Assembly (NCBI GenBank): GCA_016191395.1
Contig: JACPOS010000009.1
Span: 102,642 to 166,641 of the forward strand
From: Chloroflexota bacterium
Lineage (GTDB): Bacteria > Chloroflexota > Limnocylindria > Limnocylindrales > CSP1-4
DNA: 64,000 nucleotides
Reading direction: 5' to 3'
Numbering within the stretch: position 1 is the stretch's first letter; every line of letters begins with the position of its first letter. Of this stretch, positions 31,322 to 41,242 are shown one piece after another. The notes under the pieces were generated by a model that saw only the letters and a program-made list of their open reading frames with translations, was not told the DNA's origin and searched no databases. Made by a program: the position numbers and the translations under genes.

Positions 31322-31525
31322 TCAGCCCACGAACGTCGCCTGGGCGGCGACCAGTGCGGGGAGGAGGACGAGGATCGCCAGCGTGGCGAGGACGAGGAGA
31401 ACGGTCGTGCGCAACGCGACGACCATCGGGCTCCGCTGCGCGCTCGGCCGAGTCTCGGCCGGTTTGGCGGCGTTGGCGTCCTCGAGCATGGCTTCCCATG
31501 CGGTGGTGGTCTGATCCACGGTCAT
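31322..31525 (-). CDS. Small membrane protein, hypothetical
   Basis: GGAG RBS, ATG 31525, 67 aa with one TM helix; first gene after a TTGACA promoter. Confidence 0.6.
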   Translation of the reverse strand: MTVDQTTTAWEAMLEDANAAKPAETRPSAQRSPMVVALRTTVLLVLATLAILVLLPALVAAQATFVG

Positions 31526-31615
31526 GCGTTCTCCCGATTGCCTAATCAGGCATCCGGGGAAGCGGGGGCCTGTGGACCTCCGCCGGCTTGCGCTCCGGCC
31601 ACTGCTGTCACTTGC

Positions 31616-31669
31616 AGTAGAGCACACGTCCGTGCTATTGTCAACTGTAGTCTTATATATCAACTGTAG
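31616..31669. promoter_or_regulatory. Divergent promoter region with direct repeat TCAACTGTAG x2 (putative XRE operator)
   Basis: TCAACTGTAG at 31641-31650 and 31660-31669; minus-strand TTGACA-17 nt-TCTACT overlaps the first copy; conspicuously AT-rich patch. Confidence 0.65.
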
Positions 31670-31682
31670 GAATGAGGACGAC

Positions 31683-32063
31683 ATGGCACCAGCGATCGGG
31701 CGACTGCTGAAGCGGACCCGCCAGGTGCGCGCGCTCTCCGCGACGGAGGTCGCGCGCGCCGCCGGGATCTCCGCTGCCTACCTCAGCAAGCTGGAGCACG
31801 ACGCGGTCAAGAAGCCGTCGCCGCCGGTCCTGCACCAGCTCAGCGAGGCGCTTGACGTTCCCTATGCAGAGCTCATGCGGCTCAGCGGCTACCCGGTGCC
31901 GGGCGAGGTCGCCGCCAAGCCTGCGGACACGATCGGGGCGGCACTGTTCGCGGACATCACCGAGGACGAGCGAGATGAGTTGCTGGAATACCTCGCCTGG
32001 TATCGCACCCGGAACCGCTCGCCGCGAGCCTCGAAGATGCGCGTCGCACCGAGCCCTGCCTGA
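31683..32063 (+). CDS. XRE-family transcriptional regulator
   Basis: IGRLLKRTRQVRALSATEVARAAGISAAYLSKLE...PSPPVLHQLSEALDV; GAGG RBS. Confidence 0.9.
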   Translation: MAPAIGRLLKRTRQVRALSATEVARAAGISAAYLSKLEHDAVKKPSPPVLHQLSEALDVPYAELMRLSGYPVPGEVAAKPADTIGAALFADITEDERDELLEYLAWYRTRNRSPRASKMRVAPSPA

Positions 32064-32167
32064 GCGATGGGCGTGGGCGCAGAGCCGGGCAGTACTGACC
32101 GCTCCCATGGGCACCAAACCGTACCGGTTGCGCATTCAACCATCGGCCCCGTAGACTGCGCGCACCA

Positions 32168-32374
32168 ATGAGCTTCTCGAACCAGCCCGATCGCCGCCCC
32201 GTGGCCGTCGCCGTGACGTCCGACGGTCGCCGTGTGCAGCTGCCCGTCGAGAACGCCGAGGTACCCGTCCTCTCCCTTATCCGCTCGATCCTGGTCGGGA
32301 TCGAGGAGCTCGTCCTCCTCATTACCGGCGCTCGGCGGGAGCACGGAGGGACGCGGAGGAACGATCGCAGCTAG
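32168..32374 (+). CDS. Putative ilv-leu operon leader peptide (68 aa)
   Basis: Leu/Ile/Val cluster VPVLSLIRSILVGIEELVLLI just upstream of an antiterminator arm; TAGACT -10 box upstream. Confidence 0.7.
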   Translation: MSFSNQPDRRPVAVAVTSDGRRVQLPVENAEVPVLSLIRSILVGIEELVLLITGARREHGGTRRNDRS

Positions 32375-32401
32375 CGATCACCACCACCGACAACCAACCG
32401 G

Positions 32402-32426
32402 ACCCCCGCCGAGAGGCGGGGGTTTT
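32402..32426 (+). terminator. Intrinsic terminator/attenuator upstream of ilvB
   Basis: CCCCCGCC-GAGA-GGCGGGGG-TTTT; CCCGCCGAG (32405-32413) is complementary to CTCGGCGGG (32331-32339). Confidence 0.85.
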
Positions 32427-32475
32427 GATTTCTCAGCGTGGAGGCCGACGTGACCGAACCGATGGGCGAACGATC

Positions 32476-34341
32476 GTGACCCTGACCAAGGGCGACCGCG
32501 CCCGCCGGAGCCACATGCCGGCCGAGGGCACCGAGCACGCGGCCGCGGTGGAGCGGGCCCAGCGCGAGATGCTCCACGAAGGTTCGGCGAGCTCGTCCGT
32601 GCCGGCTGGTGAGCGCGCGGCGCGCCCTCGCATCGGCGCCGATGTCCTCTGCGAGGCGCTGCTGCGCCAGGGCGTCGAGGTCATGTTCAGCTACCCCGGC
32701 GGCGTGATCCTGCCGCTGTACGACATCCTGGGTGACTACCCGCAGCTCCGGCATGTCCTCGTGCGCCACGAGCAGGGCGGCGCGCACGCCGCGGACGGCT
32801 ATGCCCGTGCGACGGGCAAGGTGGGCGTGTGCGTGGGGACCTCCGGCCCTGGCGCGACGAACCTCGTCACCGGCATCGGCACGGCGATGCTGGACTCCAT
32901 CCCGATGGTCGCGATCACCGGCAACGTGCCCTCCGCCCTGATCGGCAAGGACGCGTTCCAGGAGATCGACATCAACGGCATCACGCTGCCGATGACCAAG
33001 CACAACTACCTCGTCCGCGACGCGAACGAGCTGCCGCGCGTGATCGCGGAGGCGTTCCACATCGCCCGCAGCGGTCGGCCCGGGCCCGTCCACGTGGACA
33101 TCACCAAGGACGCGCTCCAGCAGGAGACCGCGGCCACCCATCCGTCGGACGAGGAGGTCGTGGCCGGGCTGCCCGGCTTCCGCCCCACGATGGACGGCAA
33201 CTACAAGCAGCTCAAGGTCGCGGCAGCGGAGCTGGCCGCCGCCGAGCGGCCGGTGATCCTCGCCGGCCACGGGATCCTCCACGCCGGTGCCGAGGCGGAG
33301 CTCCAGGCGTTCGCCGAGCGCATCAACGCGCCCATCGCGTGGACCCTGCTGGGCATCGGCGCGATCGACGAGCGGCATCCGCTCGCCTACGGCTTCATGG
33401 GCATGCACGGCTGGAAGCACGTCAACCGGGCGATCCAGTCGGCGGACCTGCTGTTCGCGGTCGGGATGCGCTTCGACGACCGGGTCACGGGCAACGTCCG
33501 CACGTACGCGCCGTACGCGCGGATCATCCACGTGGACATCGACCCGGCGGAGATCGGCAAGAACGTTGCCGTCGAGGTGCCGATCGTGGGCGACGCGAAG
33601 CGCGTGCTCGCGACGCTCACGCCGATGGTGGAGGCGGTGCCGGCGGAGCGGCGCGCCCCGTACCTGGAGCAGCTCGCCGAGTGGAAGCGCGAATCGGAAG
33701 GGAGCTCCTGGCACGGCTCCGGCGCGTGGCGGGACGGCATGCTGTCGGCGGACTACGTCGTCGAGCGGATCGGCGAGCTGACCGATCACGAGGGCATCTA
33801 CGTCGGCGACGTGGGCCAGAACCAGATGTGGCTCGCTCGCTACGCGGGCTTCCGCCACCCGAACACGCACCTCTCCTCCGGGGGGCTCGGGACGATGGGC
33901 TACGCCGTCCCGGCCGCGATGGGCGCCGCGCTCGGCGTCCCGGAGCGCGAGGTCTGGGCGATCGTCGGCGACGGCGGCTTCCAGATGACCTCGCAGGAGC
34001 TGATGACCCTCGTCCAGGACGAGATCCCGGTGAAGATCGCCCTCTTCGACAACAAGAAGCTCGGGATGATCCGGCAGTGGCAGGAGATCATCTACGCGGG
34101 CAACTTCCACTCCGCCCACCTCATGGGCCCGGACTACCTGAAGCTGGCGGAGGCCTACGGCATCCCGTCGATCAAGGCATCGACGCCGGCCGACGTCGAC
34201 GAGGCGATCCGGTTCGCGCAGGCCGTGGATGGCCCGGCGCTGGTCTGGTTCGAGATCACCGGCGAGCAGAACGTCTTCCCGATGATGCCGGCCGGCAAGG
34301 GCCTGTCCGACCTCATCGAGGAGTGGGGGACGCCCGAATGA
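32476..34341 (+). CDS. ilvB: Acetolactate synthase large subunit, biosynthetic
   Basis: [42 protein letters not shown]...GMIRQWQ; start uncertain. Confidence 0.96.
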   Translation: MTLTKGDRARRSHMPAEGTEHAAAVERAQREMLHEGSASSSVPAGERAARPRIGADVLCEALLRQGVEVMFSYPGGVILPLYDILGDYPQLRHVLVRHEQGGAHAADGYARATGKVGVCVGTSGPGATNLVTGIGTAMLDSIPMVAITGNVPSALIGKDAFQEIDINGITLPMTKHNYLVRDANELPRVIAEAFHIARSGRPGPVHVDITKDALQQETAATHPSDEEVVAGLPGFRPTMDGNYKQLKVAAAELAAAERPVILAGHGILHAGAEAELQAFAERINAPIAWTLLGIGAIDERHPLAYGFMGMHGWKHVNRAIQSADLLFAVGMRFDDRVTGNVRTYAPYARIIHVDIDPAEIGKNVAVEVPIVGDAKRVLATLTPMVEAVPAERRAPYLEQLAEWKRESEGSSWHGSGAWRDGMLSADYVVERIGELTDHEGIYVGDVGQNQMWLARYAGFRHPNTHLSSGGLGTMGYAVPAAMGAALGVPEREVWAIVGDGGFQMTSQELMTLVQDEIPVKIALFDNKKLGMIRQWQEIIYAGNFHSAHLMGPDYLKLAEAYGIPSIKASTPADVDEAIRFAQAVDGPALVWFEITGEQNVFPMMPAGKGLSDLIEEWGTPE

Positions 34342-34919
34342 GCGCCGAGGGCAACGCGGCCCGGCCCGCGCACACGGCCCCGCCGCCGCGGTCGCTGCCC
34401 GGCGGCGGCGAGCGGCGCTTGCACCGGCTCGTGGCGATCGTCGCCGACCGGCCCGGTGTCCTGAACCGCGTGTCCAGCCTGATGCGCGCTCGGAACTTCA
34501 ACATCGACTCGCTCGCGGTCAGCCGCACCGATCGCGAGGGCTTCTCGCGGATGACGATCAGCCTCCACGGCGACGACATCGCGGTGGAGCAGGCCGCCAA
34601 GCAGCTGTACCGGCTCATCGACGTGCTCAAGGTCCAGGACGTCACCGCCGAGCCGACGGTGGAGCACGAGCTCGCGCTGATCAAGCTTCGGGTCACCGAG
34701 GCCAATCGCGGCGAAATCCTGAAGGTCATCGAGCTGGCGCGCGGACGCGTGCTGGACGTCGCGCCCGACGCGGTCATCGCCGAGGTGAGCGGCAGCGAGG
34801 CCGAGGTCGACGCGTTCGTCGCCGTCGTCCGCGGGTTCGGCATCAAGGAGCTGGTTCGAACGGGAGCCGTCGTCATGGCGCGCGGCGCCGGATCCATCGA
34901 GGAGGCAGTCAAGAAGTGA
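34338..34919 (+). CDS. ilvN: Acetolactate synthase small (regulatory) subunit
   Basis: [12 protein letters not shown]...FNIDSLAV...[12 protein letters not shown]...ELVRTG. Confidence 0.95.
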   Translation: MSAEGNAARPAHTAPPPRSLPGGGERRLHRLVAIVADRPGVLNRVSSLMRARNFNIDSLAVSRTDREGFSRMTISLHGDDIAVEQAAKQLYRLIDVLKVQDVTAEPTVEHELALIKLRVTEANRGEILKVIELARGRVLDVAPDAVIAEVSGSEAEVDAFVAVVRGFGIKELVRTGAVVMARGAGSIEEAVKK

Positions 34920-35986
34920 CAGCGCGCATGTACTACGACAACGACGTCGACGCGACGGCCCTTGCGGGCCAGACGGTCGCGATCATCGGCTACGGCAGCC
35001 AGGGGCACGCGCACGCCCTCAACCTGCGCGACTCCGGGGTGAACGTGATCGTGGGCCTGGCGGAGGCCTCCAAGAGCCGGCCGCTCGCGGCAGAGGCGGG
35101 GCTCCGGGTCGCGAACGTGGCCGATGCGGTTCGCGAGGCGGATGTCGTGATGATCCTCGTGCCGGACACGGCGCAGAAGGCCGTCTACGACACGGAGATC
35201 GAGCCGAACCTGAAGCCCGGCGCGCTCCTGATGTTCGCCCACGGCTTCAACATCCGGTTCGGGCGGATCAAGCCCGGCGCGGGCATCGACGTCGGGATGG
35301 TCGCGCCCAAGGGCCCCGGCCATCTCCTGCGCAGCGTGTACAGCGCCGGTGGCGGCGTGCCTGCGCTCTTCGCCGTGGAGCAGGACGCGAGCGGGACCGC
35401 CCGCGCGCGGACGCTCGCCTACGCGCGGGCGATCGGCGCGACGCGCGCGGGCGTGCTCGAGACCACGTTCAAGGAAGAGACCGAGACGGACCTGTTCGGC
35501 GAGCAGGCGCTGCTCTGCGGCGGCGTGTCGGCGCTCATCAAGGCCGCGTTCGAGACGCTCGTCGAGGCCGGCTACCAGCCGGAGCTCGCGTACTTCGAGA
35601 CGATGCACGAGCTGAAGCTGATCGTGGACCTCATGTACCGCGGCGGCCTCAACTTCATGCGCTTCAGCGTCAGCGACACGGCCGAGTACGGCGACTACGT
35701 GTCCGGCCCGCGCGTCGCGGAGGGCGTGAAGGCGACGATGAAGGACGTCCTGGGCGACATCCAGAGCGGCGCGTTCGCCAATCGCTGGATCGCCGTCCAG
35801 GAGGCGGGCGGGGCAGAGTTCCGCGAGCTTCGCCAGCGCGACCGCGATCACCAGATCGAGAAGGTCGGCGCGGAGCTGCGGGCCCAGATGCCGTTCCTCA
35901 ACCCGGTCGTGGTCCACGCCGGCGAGGCGCAGGCCACGGCCACCTCCGCCGCCAAGCCCGCGGCACCGAGCGGAACCGCGAGCTGA
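34916..35986 (+). CDS. ilvC: Ketol-acid reductoisomerase
   Basis: [43 protein letters not shown]. Confidence 0.97.
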   Translation: MTARMYYDNDVDATALAGQTVAIIGYGSQGHAHALNLRDSGVNVIVGLAEASKSRPLAAEAGLRVANVADAVREADVVMILVPDTAQKAVYDTEIEPNLKPGALLMFAHGFNIRFGRIKPGAGIDVGMVAPKGPGHLLRSVYSAGGGVPALFAVEQDASGTARARTLAYARAIGATRAGVLETTFKEETETDLFGEQALLCGGVSALIKAAFETLVEAGYQPELAYFETMHELKLIVDLMYRGGLNFMRFSVSDTAEYGDYVSGPRVAEGVKATMKDVLGDIQSGAFANRWIAVQEAGGAEFRELRQRDRDHQIEKVGAELRAQMPFLNPVVVHAGEAQATATSAAKPAAPSGTAS

Positions 35987-37650
35987 TGGCTCGCGCCGCG
36001 CGCTCCCGCCCCTCCGGCCCGCTCGCCCCCACCGATCGCGTCCGCGTCTTCGACACGACGCTGCGCGACGGGGAGCAGGCACCCGGTGCCGGGCTGACCG
36101 CGGCCGAGAAGCTGGAGGTCGCCCGCCAGCTCGCGCGGCTCAAGGTCGACGTCATCGAGGCTGGCTTTCCAGCCGCATCGAACGGCGACTTCGAGGCGGT
36201 CCAGCGGATCGCGCGCGAGACGAAAGGTGGGATTGCCGTGGCGGCGCTCGCGCGCTGCCGGGACGGCGATCCGCAGCGGGCGATCGAGGCGATCCGGGTC
36301 GCCGAGCGCCCGCACCTCCACGTGTTCATCGCGACGAGCGACATCCACCTGAAGCACAAGCTCCGGATCGACCGCGAGACCGCACTTGCCGAGGCGGTGA
36401 AGTGGGTCGCGTTCGGCCGCGAGCAGCTGGGCCGCGACGTCGAGATCGAGTTCAGCGCGGAGGACGCCTCGCGCACGGACCCCGAGTTCCTGCTCAAGGT
36501 CTACGAGGCCGTCGTGGCGGCGGGCGCGTCCACGATCAACATCCCGGACACGGTTGGCTACGCGATCCCGTCGGAGTTCGCGGCGCTCGTCGGCCGGACC
36601 GTGGACCTGCTCGGGAGCCAGGCGACGATCTCCGTCCACTGCCACAACGACCTGGGCCTCGCCACCGCGAACACGCTCGCAGCGGTACAGGCGGGCGCGC
36701 GCCAGGTGGAGGTCACGATCAACGGCCTGGGCGAGCGCGCCGGCAACGCGTCGCTGGAGGAGGTCGTGATGGCCCTCCGGACGCGCCCGACGCAGTTCAC
36801 GTCCGGCGCCTCCGGCGCGGGCGGGCCTGCCCTCACTCATGGCGTCCAGACGGAGCACCTGACCGCCGCGTCGCGGCTCGTCAGCTACCTCACGGGCTTC
36901 GCGATCCAGCCGAACAAGGCGGTCGTCGGCGGGAATGCCTTCGCGCACGAATCGGGCATCCACCAGGACGGCGTGATCAAGAATCCGCTGACCTACGAGA
37001 TCATGACCCCCCAGTCGGTGGGCCTGTCCGGCAACTCGATCACGATCGGCAAGCTCTCCGGTCGCAAGGGCCTTGCGAATCGGCTGGTCTCCCTGGGCTA
37101 CGACCTGGAGGGCGAGGCGCTCGACTCCATCTACCGCCAGGCGATGGCCCTCGCGGACGAGAAGAAGGACGTCACCGACGACGACCTCATCGCGCTGGTC
37201 GAGCAGCGCGTCGCCGAGGTGCCGCAGGCCGTCCGCCTCGAGGGCTGGAACGTGACCTCGTCGCACGGCGGCAAGGCAACCGGCATGGTCGCGCTCTCGG
37301 TCGGCGACGAGGATCACGCGAAGGCCGCGATCGGCAACGGGCCGGTGGACGCGCTCTTCGAGGCCGTGGATGCGGCGCTCCAGCCGGTGTTCGGCTGGCA
37401 TCCCGTGCTGGAGGCGTACGAGATCAAGGCGGTGTCCGGCGGCGAGGACGCCCAGGGCCGCGTGCTCGTGCGTTGCCGGCGCTCCAGCGACGAGGGCCCC
37501 GGCGCGCTCGTGGTCTCCGGCCACGGGTTGAGCACGAACATCATCGAGGCGTCCATCGAGGCGTACCTCGTCGCGGTCAACAAGCTGCACGGCGCCAGCG
37601 GGGCGTCGTCGTCGGCGTTCGTCGGCGCGCGGACCACCGAGCTGCCCTGA
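35986..37650 (+). CDS. leuA: 2-isopropylmalate synthase
   Basis: [36 protein letters not shown], regulatory GNGPVDA. Confidence 0.96.
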   Translation: MARAARSRPSGPLAPTDRVRVFDTTLRDGEQAPGAGLTAAEKLEVARQLARLKVDVIEAGFPAASNGDFEAVQRIARETKGGIAVAALARCRDGDPQRAIEAIRVAERPHLHVFIATSDIHLKHKLRIDRETALAEAVKWVAFGREQLGRDVEIEFSAEDASRTDPEFLLKVYEAVVAAGASTINIPDTVGYAIPSEFAALVGRTVDLLGSQATISVHCHNDLGLATANTLAAVQAGARQVEVTINGLGERAGNASLEEVVMALRTRPTQFTSGASGAGGPALTHGVQTEHLTAASRLVSYLTGFAIQPNKAVVGGNAFAHESGIHQDGVIKNPLTYEIMTPQSVGLSGNSITIGKLSGRKGLANRLVSLGYDLEGEALDSIYRQAMALADEKKDVTDDDLIALVEQRVAEVPQAVRLEGWNVTSSHGGKATGMVALSVGDEDHAKAAIGNGPVDALFEAVDAALQPVFGWHPVLEAYEIKAVSGGEDAQGRVLVRCRRSSDEGPGALVVSGHGLSTNIIEASIEAYLVAVNKLHGASGASSSAFVGARTTELP

Positions 37651-37654
37651 CATC

Positions 37655-38821
37655 GTGACGACGTATCGACTCGCGTCCATCGGGGGCGATGGGGTTGGCC
37701 CCGAGGTCACCGCGGCCGCGCGCACCGTGCTCGACGCGGTCGCGCGGCGTGACGGCTTCGGGGTCGAGTGGCTGGACGTCGTCGCCGGCGGCGCGGCGAT
37801 CGACGCGTATGGCACGGCGTTCCGGCCGGAGGACCTCGACGCGGTCGCCGCGTGCGACGCGATCCTGCTCGGCGCCGTCGGCGGCCCGCGCTGGGACGAT
37901 CCCGCCGCGCGCGTCCGGCCGGAGCAGGCACTGTTCGCGCTTCGCGGCGGCCTTGAGCTATTCGCCAACCTCCGCCCCGTCACGATTCTGCCCGCGCTCG
38001 TGCCGTCGTCGCCGGTCCGGCCGGAGGTCCTCGAGGGCGTGGACCTCCTCATCGTTCGCGAGCTCACGTCCGGGCTGTACTTCGGGCGGCCATCCGAGCA
38101 GCGCGAGACGCCGGAGGGTCGCGTCGGCATCGACACGCTCTGGTACACGGAGGGCGAGATCCGCCGGGTCGTCCGGCTCGCCTTCGAGCTGGCGCGGGGC
38201 CGGCGGCGCCGCCTGACGAGCGTGGACAAGGCCAACGTCCTTGCCACATCACGCCTGTGGCGCACGGTCGTCGACGAGCTTCGCGGCGAGTACGCGGATG
38301 TGGAGGTCAATCACCAGCTCGTCGATTCGTGCGCGATGCTGCTCGTCCGCCGTCCCGCGTCCTTCGACGTCCTCGTGACCGAGAACCTGTTCGGCGACAT
38401 CCTCTCGGACGAGGCCGCGGTCCTTGCCGGCAGCCTGGGCATGCTGCCCTCGGCCTCGCTCGGGGAGCGGCGAACCGCGCACGGCCGCTTCGGCCTGTAC
38501 GAGCCCATCCACGGCTCCGCCCCGGACATCGCCGGTCATGACCTGGCGAATCCCGCCGGCACCATCCTGTCCGCGGCCATGCTCCTCCGCTGGTCGCTCG
38601 GGCTCGAGGCGGCCGCAGCCGGCGTCGAGGCGGCCGTCGGCGCCGCGATCGCGGATGGCTATCGGACCGCAGACCTCGTTCCACCCGATGGCGACCGCGC
38701 TGGCCTCCACGTGGTCGGGACGCGCGAGATGACCGCGGCGATCGTGGAGCGGCTCGACGCGCACCGGGACGCGCGCCTCGACGCGCGTCCCGGCCCGCGC
38801 GTAGGTTCGGGAGCCGCCTGA
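37655..38821 (+). CDS. leuB: 3-isopropylmalate dehydrogenase
   Basis: GDGVGPEV, FANLRP, DKANVL, NLFGDILSD, EPIHGSAPDIAG. Confidence 0.97.
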   Translation: MTTYRLASIGGDGVGPEVTAAARTVLDAVARRDGFGVEWLDVVAGGAAIDAYGTAFRPEDLDAVAACDAILLGAVGGPRWDDPAARVRPEQALFALRGGLELFANLRPVTILPALVPSSPVRPEVLEGVDLLIVRELTSGLYFGRPSEQRETPEGRVGIDTLWYTEGEIRRVVRLAFELARGRRRRLTSVDKANVLATSRLWRTVVDELRGEYADVEVNHQLVDSCAMLLVRRPASFDVLVTENLFGDILSDEAAVLAGSLGMLPSASLGERRTAHGRFGLYEPIHGSAPDIAGHDLANPAGTILSAAMLLRWSLGLEAAAAGVEAAVGAAIADGYRTADLVPPDGDRAGLHVVGTREMTAAIVERLDAHRDARLDARPGPRVGSGAA

Positions 38822-38859
38822 TGGTCGTGGGTCCGTTCGGGCATTCCGCCACCGTGGAA

Positions 38860-39017
38860 GGACCACCAGTCCGCGATTCGGTGCGCGCCTGCTTGAACAT
38901 GGACTCGTGGTCCCGTTTCCGACGCGAAACCGAGGGTCATGACCCCGGATCGAGTCGCGAACAGGCTCGGCAGTCCATTTCGGGACATGTCGACGCGAAT
39001 TCGAGGACTCGCAGTCC
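38860..39017. repeat. Gene-less array of four GGAC-N5-GTCC palindromes (spacing 41/63/41 bp) between leuB and cimA
   Basis: GGACCACCAGTCC 38860, GGACTCGTGGTCC 38901, GGCTCGGCAGTCC 38964, GGACTCGCAGTCC 39005. Confidence 0.82.
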
Positions 39018-39056
39018 ACTCGCGCGGCCGGCCCGCCCATCCCAGGGAGCGGCATC

Positions 39057-40709
39057 GTGAGCGAGACGCCGGTCGTGCTCTACGACACGACGCTCCGCGA
39101 TGGCACCCAGGGCGAGAACATCACCCTGTCGCTCGCCGACAAGCTGCGGATCGCGCGCATCCTTGACGAGTACGGCATGCCCTACGTGGAGGGTGGGTGG
39201 CCGGGCTCCAACCCCAAGGACGTGGAGTTCTTTCGCGCCGCGAAGGACCTCACCTGGGGGTCGGCGAAGCTGGCCGCATTCGGGTCGACCCGGCACCGGT
39301 CGAACAGCGCGAAGGACGATCCGAACCTGACCGAGCTCCTCCGAGCCGAGACGCCGGTCGTCACCATCTTCGGGAAGAGCTGGGAGCTGCACGTCACCGA
39401 GGTCCTCGGCGCGACCCTCGCGCAGAACCTGGAGATGATCGCCGACAGCGTCCGGCTCATCGTGGACGAGGGCCGCGAGCTGGTCTACGACGCGGAGCAC
39501 TTCTTCGACGGCTACAAGGCGAACGCCGCCTACGCGATCTCCACGCTGCGCGCCGCCCTGGACGGCGGCGCCCGCACCCTCGTCCTGTGCGATACGAACG
39601 GCGGCACGCTCACGGGTGAGCTGCTGGACATCCTGGGCGCCACGCGCGCTGCGCTCACTGCCGCGGACGGGACGGCACCGACCTTCGGCATCCACACCCA
39701 CAACGACGCAGAGCTCGCGGTCGCGAACTCGCTGGCCGCCGTGGGCGCAGGCGTCCGCCATGTCCAGGCCACGATCAACGGCTACGGCGAGCGGACGGGC
39801 AACGCGAACATGGTCAGCGTCCTCGCCGGCCTCGCGCTCAAGACGTCGTACCCGCTCCTCCCGCCGGGCGGCGGCGACCTCACCGGGCTGACGGAGCTCT
39901 CGCGGTCGGTCGCGGAGATCGCGAACCAGGCGCCCAACGACTACCAGCCGTACGTCGGGCGATCGGCGTTCGCGCACAAGGGCGGCGTGCACGGCGCGGC
40001 GGTGGCGAAAGTGGAGCGGAGCTACCAGCACATCGACCCGACCGCGGTCGGTAACGAGGGCCGGCTCGTCGTCTCCGAGCTCGGCGGCAAGGCGAACACG
40101 GAGATCCGCGCGCGCCAGCTCGGCCACCAGCTGGACGGCGTGGTGGAGCCGGCAGTCCTCTCCACGCTGATCAAGAAGCTCGAGAGCGAGGGCCTCTCGT
40201 TCGAGGGCGCCGAGGCGTCGTTCGAGCTCCTGATCCGGCGTCACCAGGCGGGCTACGCACCGCCCTTCCGCGTCATCGACTACACGTGCCTGGTGGAGCA
40301 GCGAGCCGACGCCGCCCTCCGCGCCGAGGCGACGGTCAAGGTGGAGGTCGATGGGGAGCTGCTGCACACGGCCGCCGAGGGCAACGGTCCGGTGAACGCA
40401 CTCGACGCCGCGCTCCGCAAGGCGCTCCGTGCCTTCTACCCGGTGCTCGACACCGTCCACCTGTACGACTACAAGGTGCGCATCATCGATTCCGGCTCCG
40501 CGACCGGGGCGCGCACCCGCGTGACCATCGAATCGACCGACGGCGCGCTGGAATGGTCGACCATGGGCTCCGACACGAACATCATCGCGGCCTCCGCGAC
40601 CGCCCTCGGCGACTCGCTGGAGTACGCGATCTGGAAGCGGGGCGCCGAGCTTCGGCGCCGCGATGAGCGACACTTCACGACCGTGATCGCAGGAGATGCA
40701 GCGAGATGA
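39057..40709 (+). CDS. cimA: Citramalate synthase
   Basis: YDTTLRDGTQGE, EGGWPGSNPKD, YDAEHFFDGY, AFAHKGGVH, DYKVRI typical of the CimA clade. Confidence 0.92.
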   Translation: MSETPVVLYDTTLRDGTQGENITLSLADKLRIARILDEYGMPYVEGGWPGSNPKDVEFFRAAKDLTWGSAKLAAFGSTRHRSNSAKDDPNLTELLRAETPVVTIFGKSWELHVTEVLGATLAQNLEMIADSVRLIVDEGRELVYDAEHFFDGYKANAAYAISTLRAALDGGARTLVLCDTNGGTLTGELLDILGATRAALTAADGTAPTFGIHTHNDAELAVANSLAAVGAGVRHVQATINGYGERTGNANMVSVLAGLALKTSYPLLPPGGGDLTGLTELSRSVAEIANQAPNDYQPYVGRSAFAHKGGVHGAAVAKVERSYQHIDPTAVGNEGRLVVSELGGKANTEIRARQLGHQLDGVVEPAVLSTLIKKLESEGLSFEGAEASFELLIRRHQAGYAPPFRVIDYTCLVEQRADAALRAEATVKVEVDGELLHTAAEGNGPVNALDAALRKALRAFYPVLDTVHLYDYKVRIIDSGSATGARTRVTIESTDGALEWSTMGSDTNIIAASATALGDSLEYAIWKRGAELRRRDERHFTTVIAGDAAR

Positions 40710-41242
40710 CCCCAGCGCAACCGCAGGCCGCCGCAACCCCCACGCTCCAGCTGACGCGCTGGACGGTGACCTCCGGCAGCAACGTCCAGAGCCGCGGCGC
40801 GGTGGTCATCGAGGCCGGGTCCCACCACTGGCGCGCGTCCGCCGAGGGCAACGGCGCGGTCGACGCGCTGTTCCAGGCGGTCGATGCGGCCCTCGTGGAC
40901 GTCCTGCAGGGCCACCCCAAGCTCGTCGGCTACGACGTCCACGCGCTGGCGCAGGGGCCCGAGGCGGAGGGTCTCGTCATCGTCGCCATCGAGCCGCCCG
41001 CCGGCCTCGAGGGCGCGCGATCGACCGGGCTCTACCAGGGCCGGTCGCGCAGCACGAACATCATCGCCGCCTCCATCGAGGGCTACGTCGATGCGCTCAA
41101 CGCGATGCTCGCCGAGGCGCACTGGGCCGGGGCGGCCGAGTCCGCCGGAAAGAGCCGCCGCGCCGCGCCCGAGACCCACGGCCGACGGGCCGAGATGGAT
41201 CCGGATGCAACCGACGACGGCGCCCCCTGGTTCGACCGGTAG
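40706..41242 (+). CDS. Stand-alone alpha-isopropylmalate synthase regulatory (LeuA dimer) domain protein
   Basis: EGNGAVDALFQAVD...YDVHAL...STNIIAASIEGY matches the C-termini of LeuA and CimA in this window. Confidence 0.85.
   Translation: MTPAQPQAAATPTLQLTRWTVTSGSNVQSRGAVVIEAGSHHWRASAEGNGAVDALFQAVDAALVDVLQGHPKLVGYDVHALAQGPEAEGLVIVAIEPPAGLEGARSTGLYQGRSRSTNIIAASIEGYVDALNAMLAEAHWAGAAESAGKSRRAAPETHGRRAEMDPDATDDGAPWFDR

Noticed and set aside
32168-32426. T-box riboswitch for the ilv operon
   Set aside because: No T-box consensus (GGTGGNACCGCG) seen; a leader-peptide attenuator explains the structure
38822-38834. Fifth GGAC-type box (TGGTCGTGGGTCC)
   Set aside because: Only the right half-site matches and the 38-bp spacing does not fit the pattern
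22425-39017. Palindrome arrays as CRISPR arrays
   Set aside because: Repeats are only 13-19 nt with variable centres, four units, alternating spacing, and there are no cas genes
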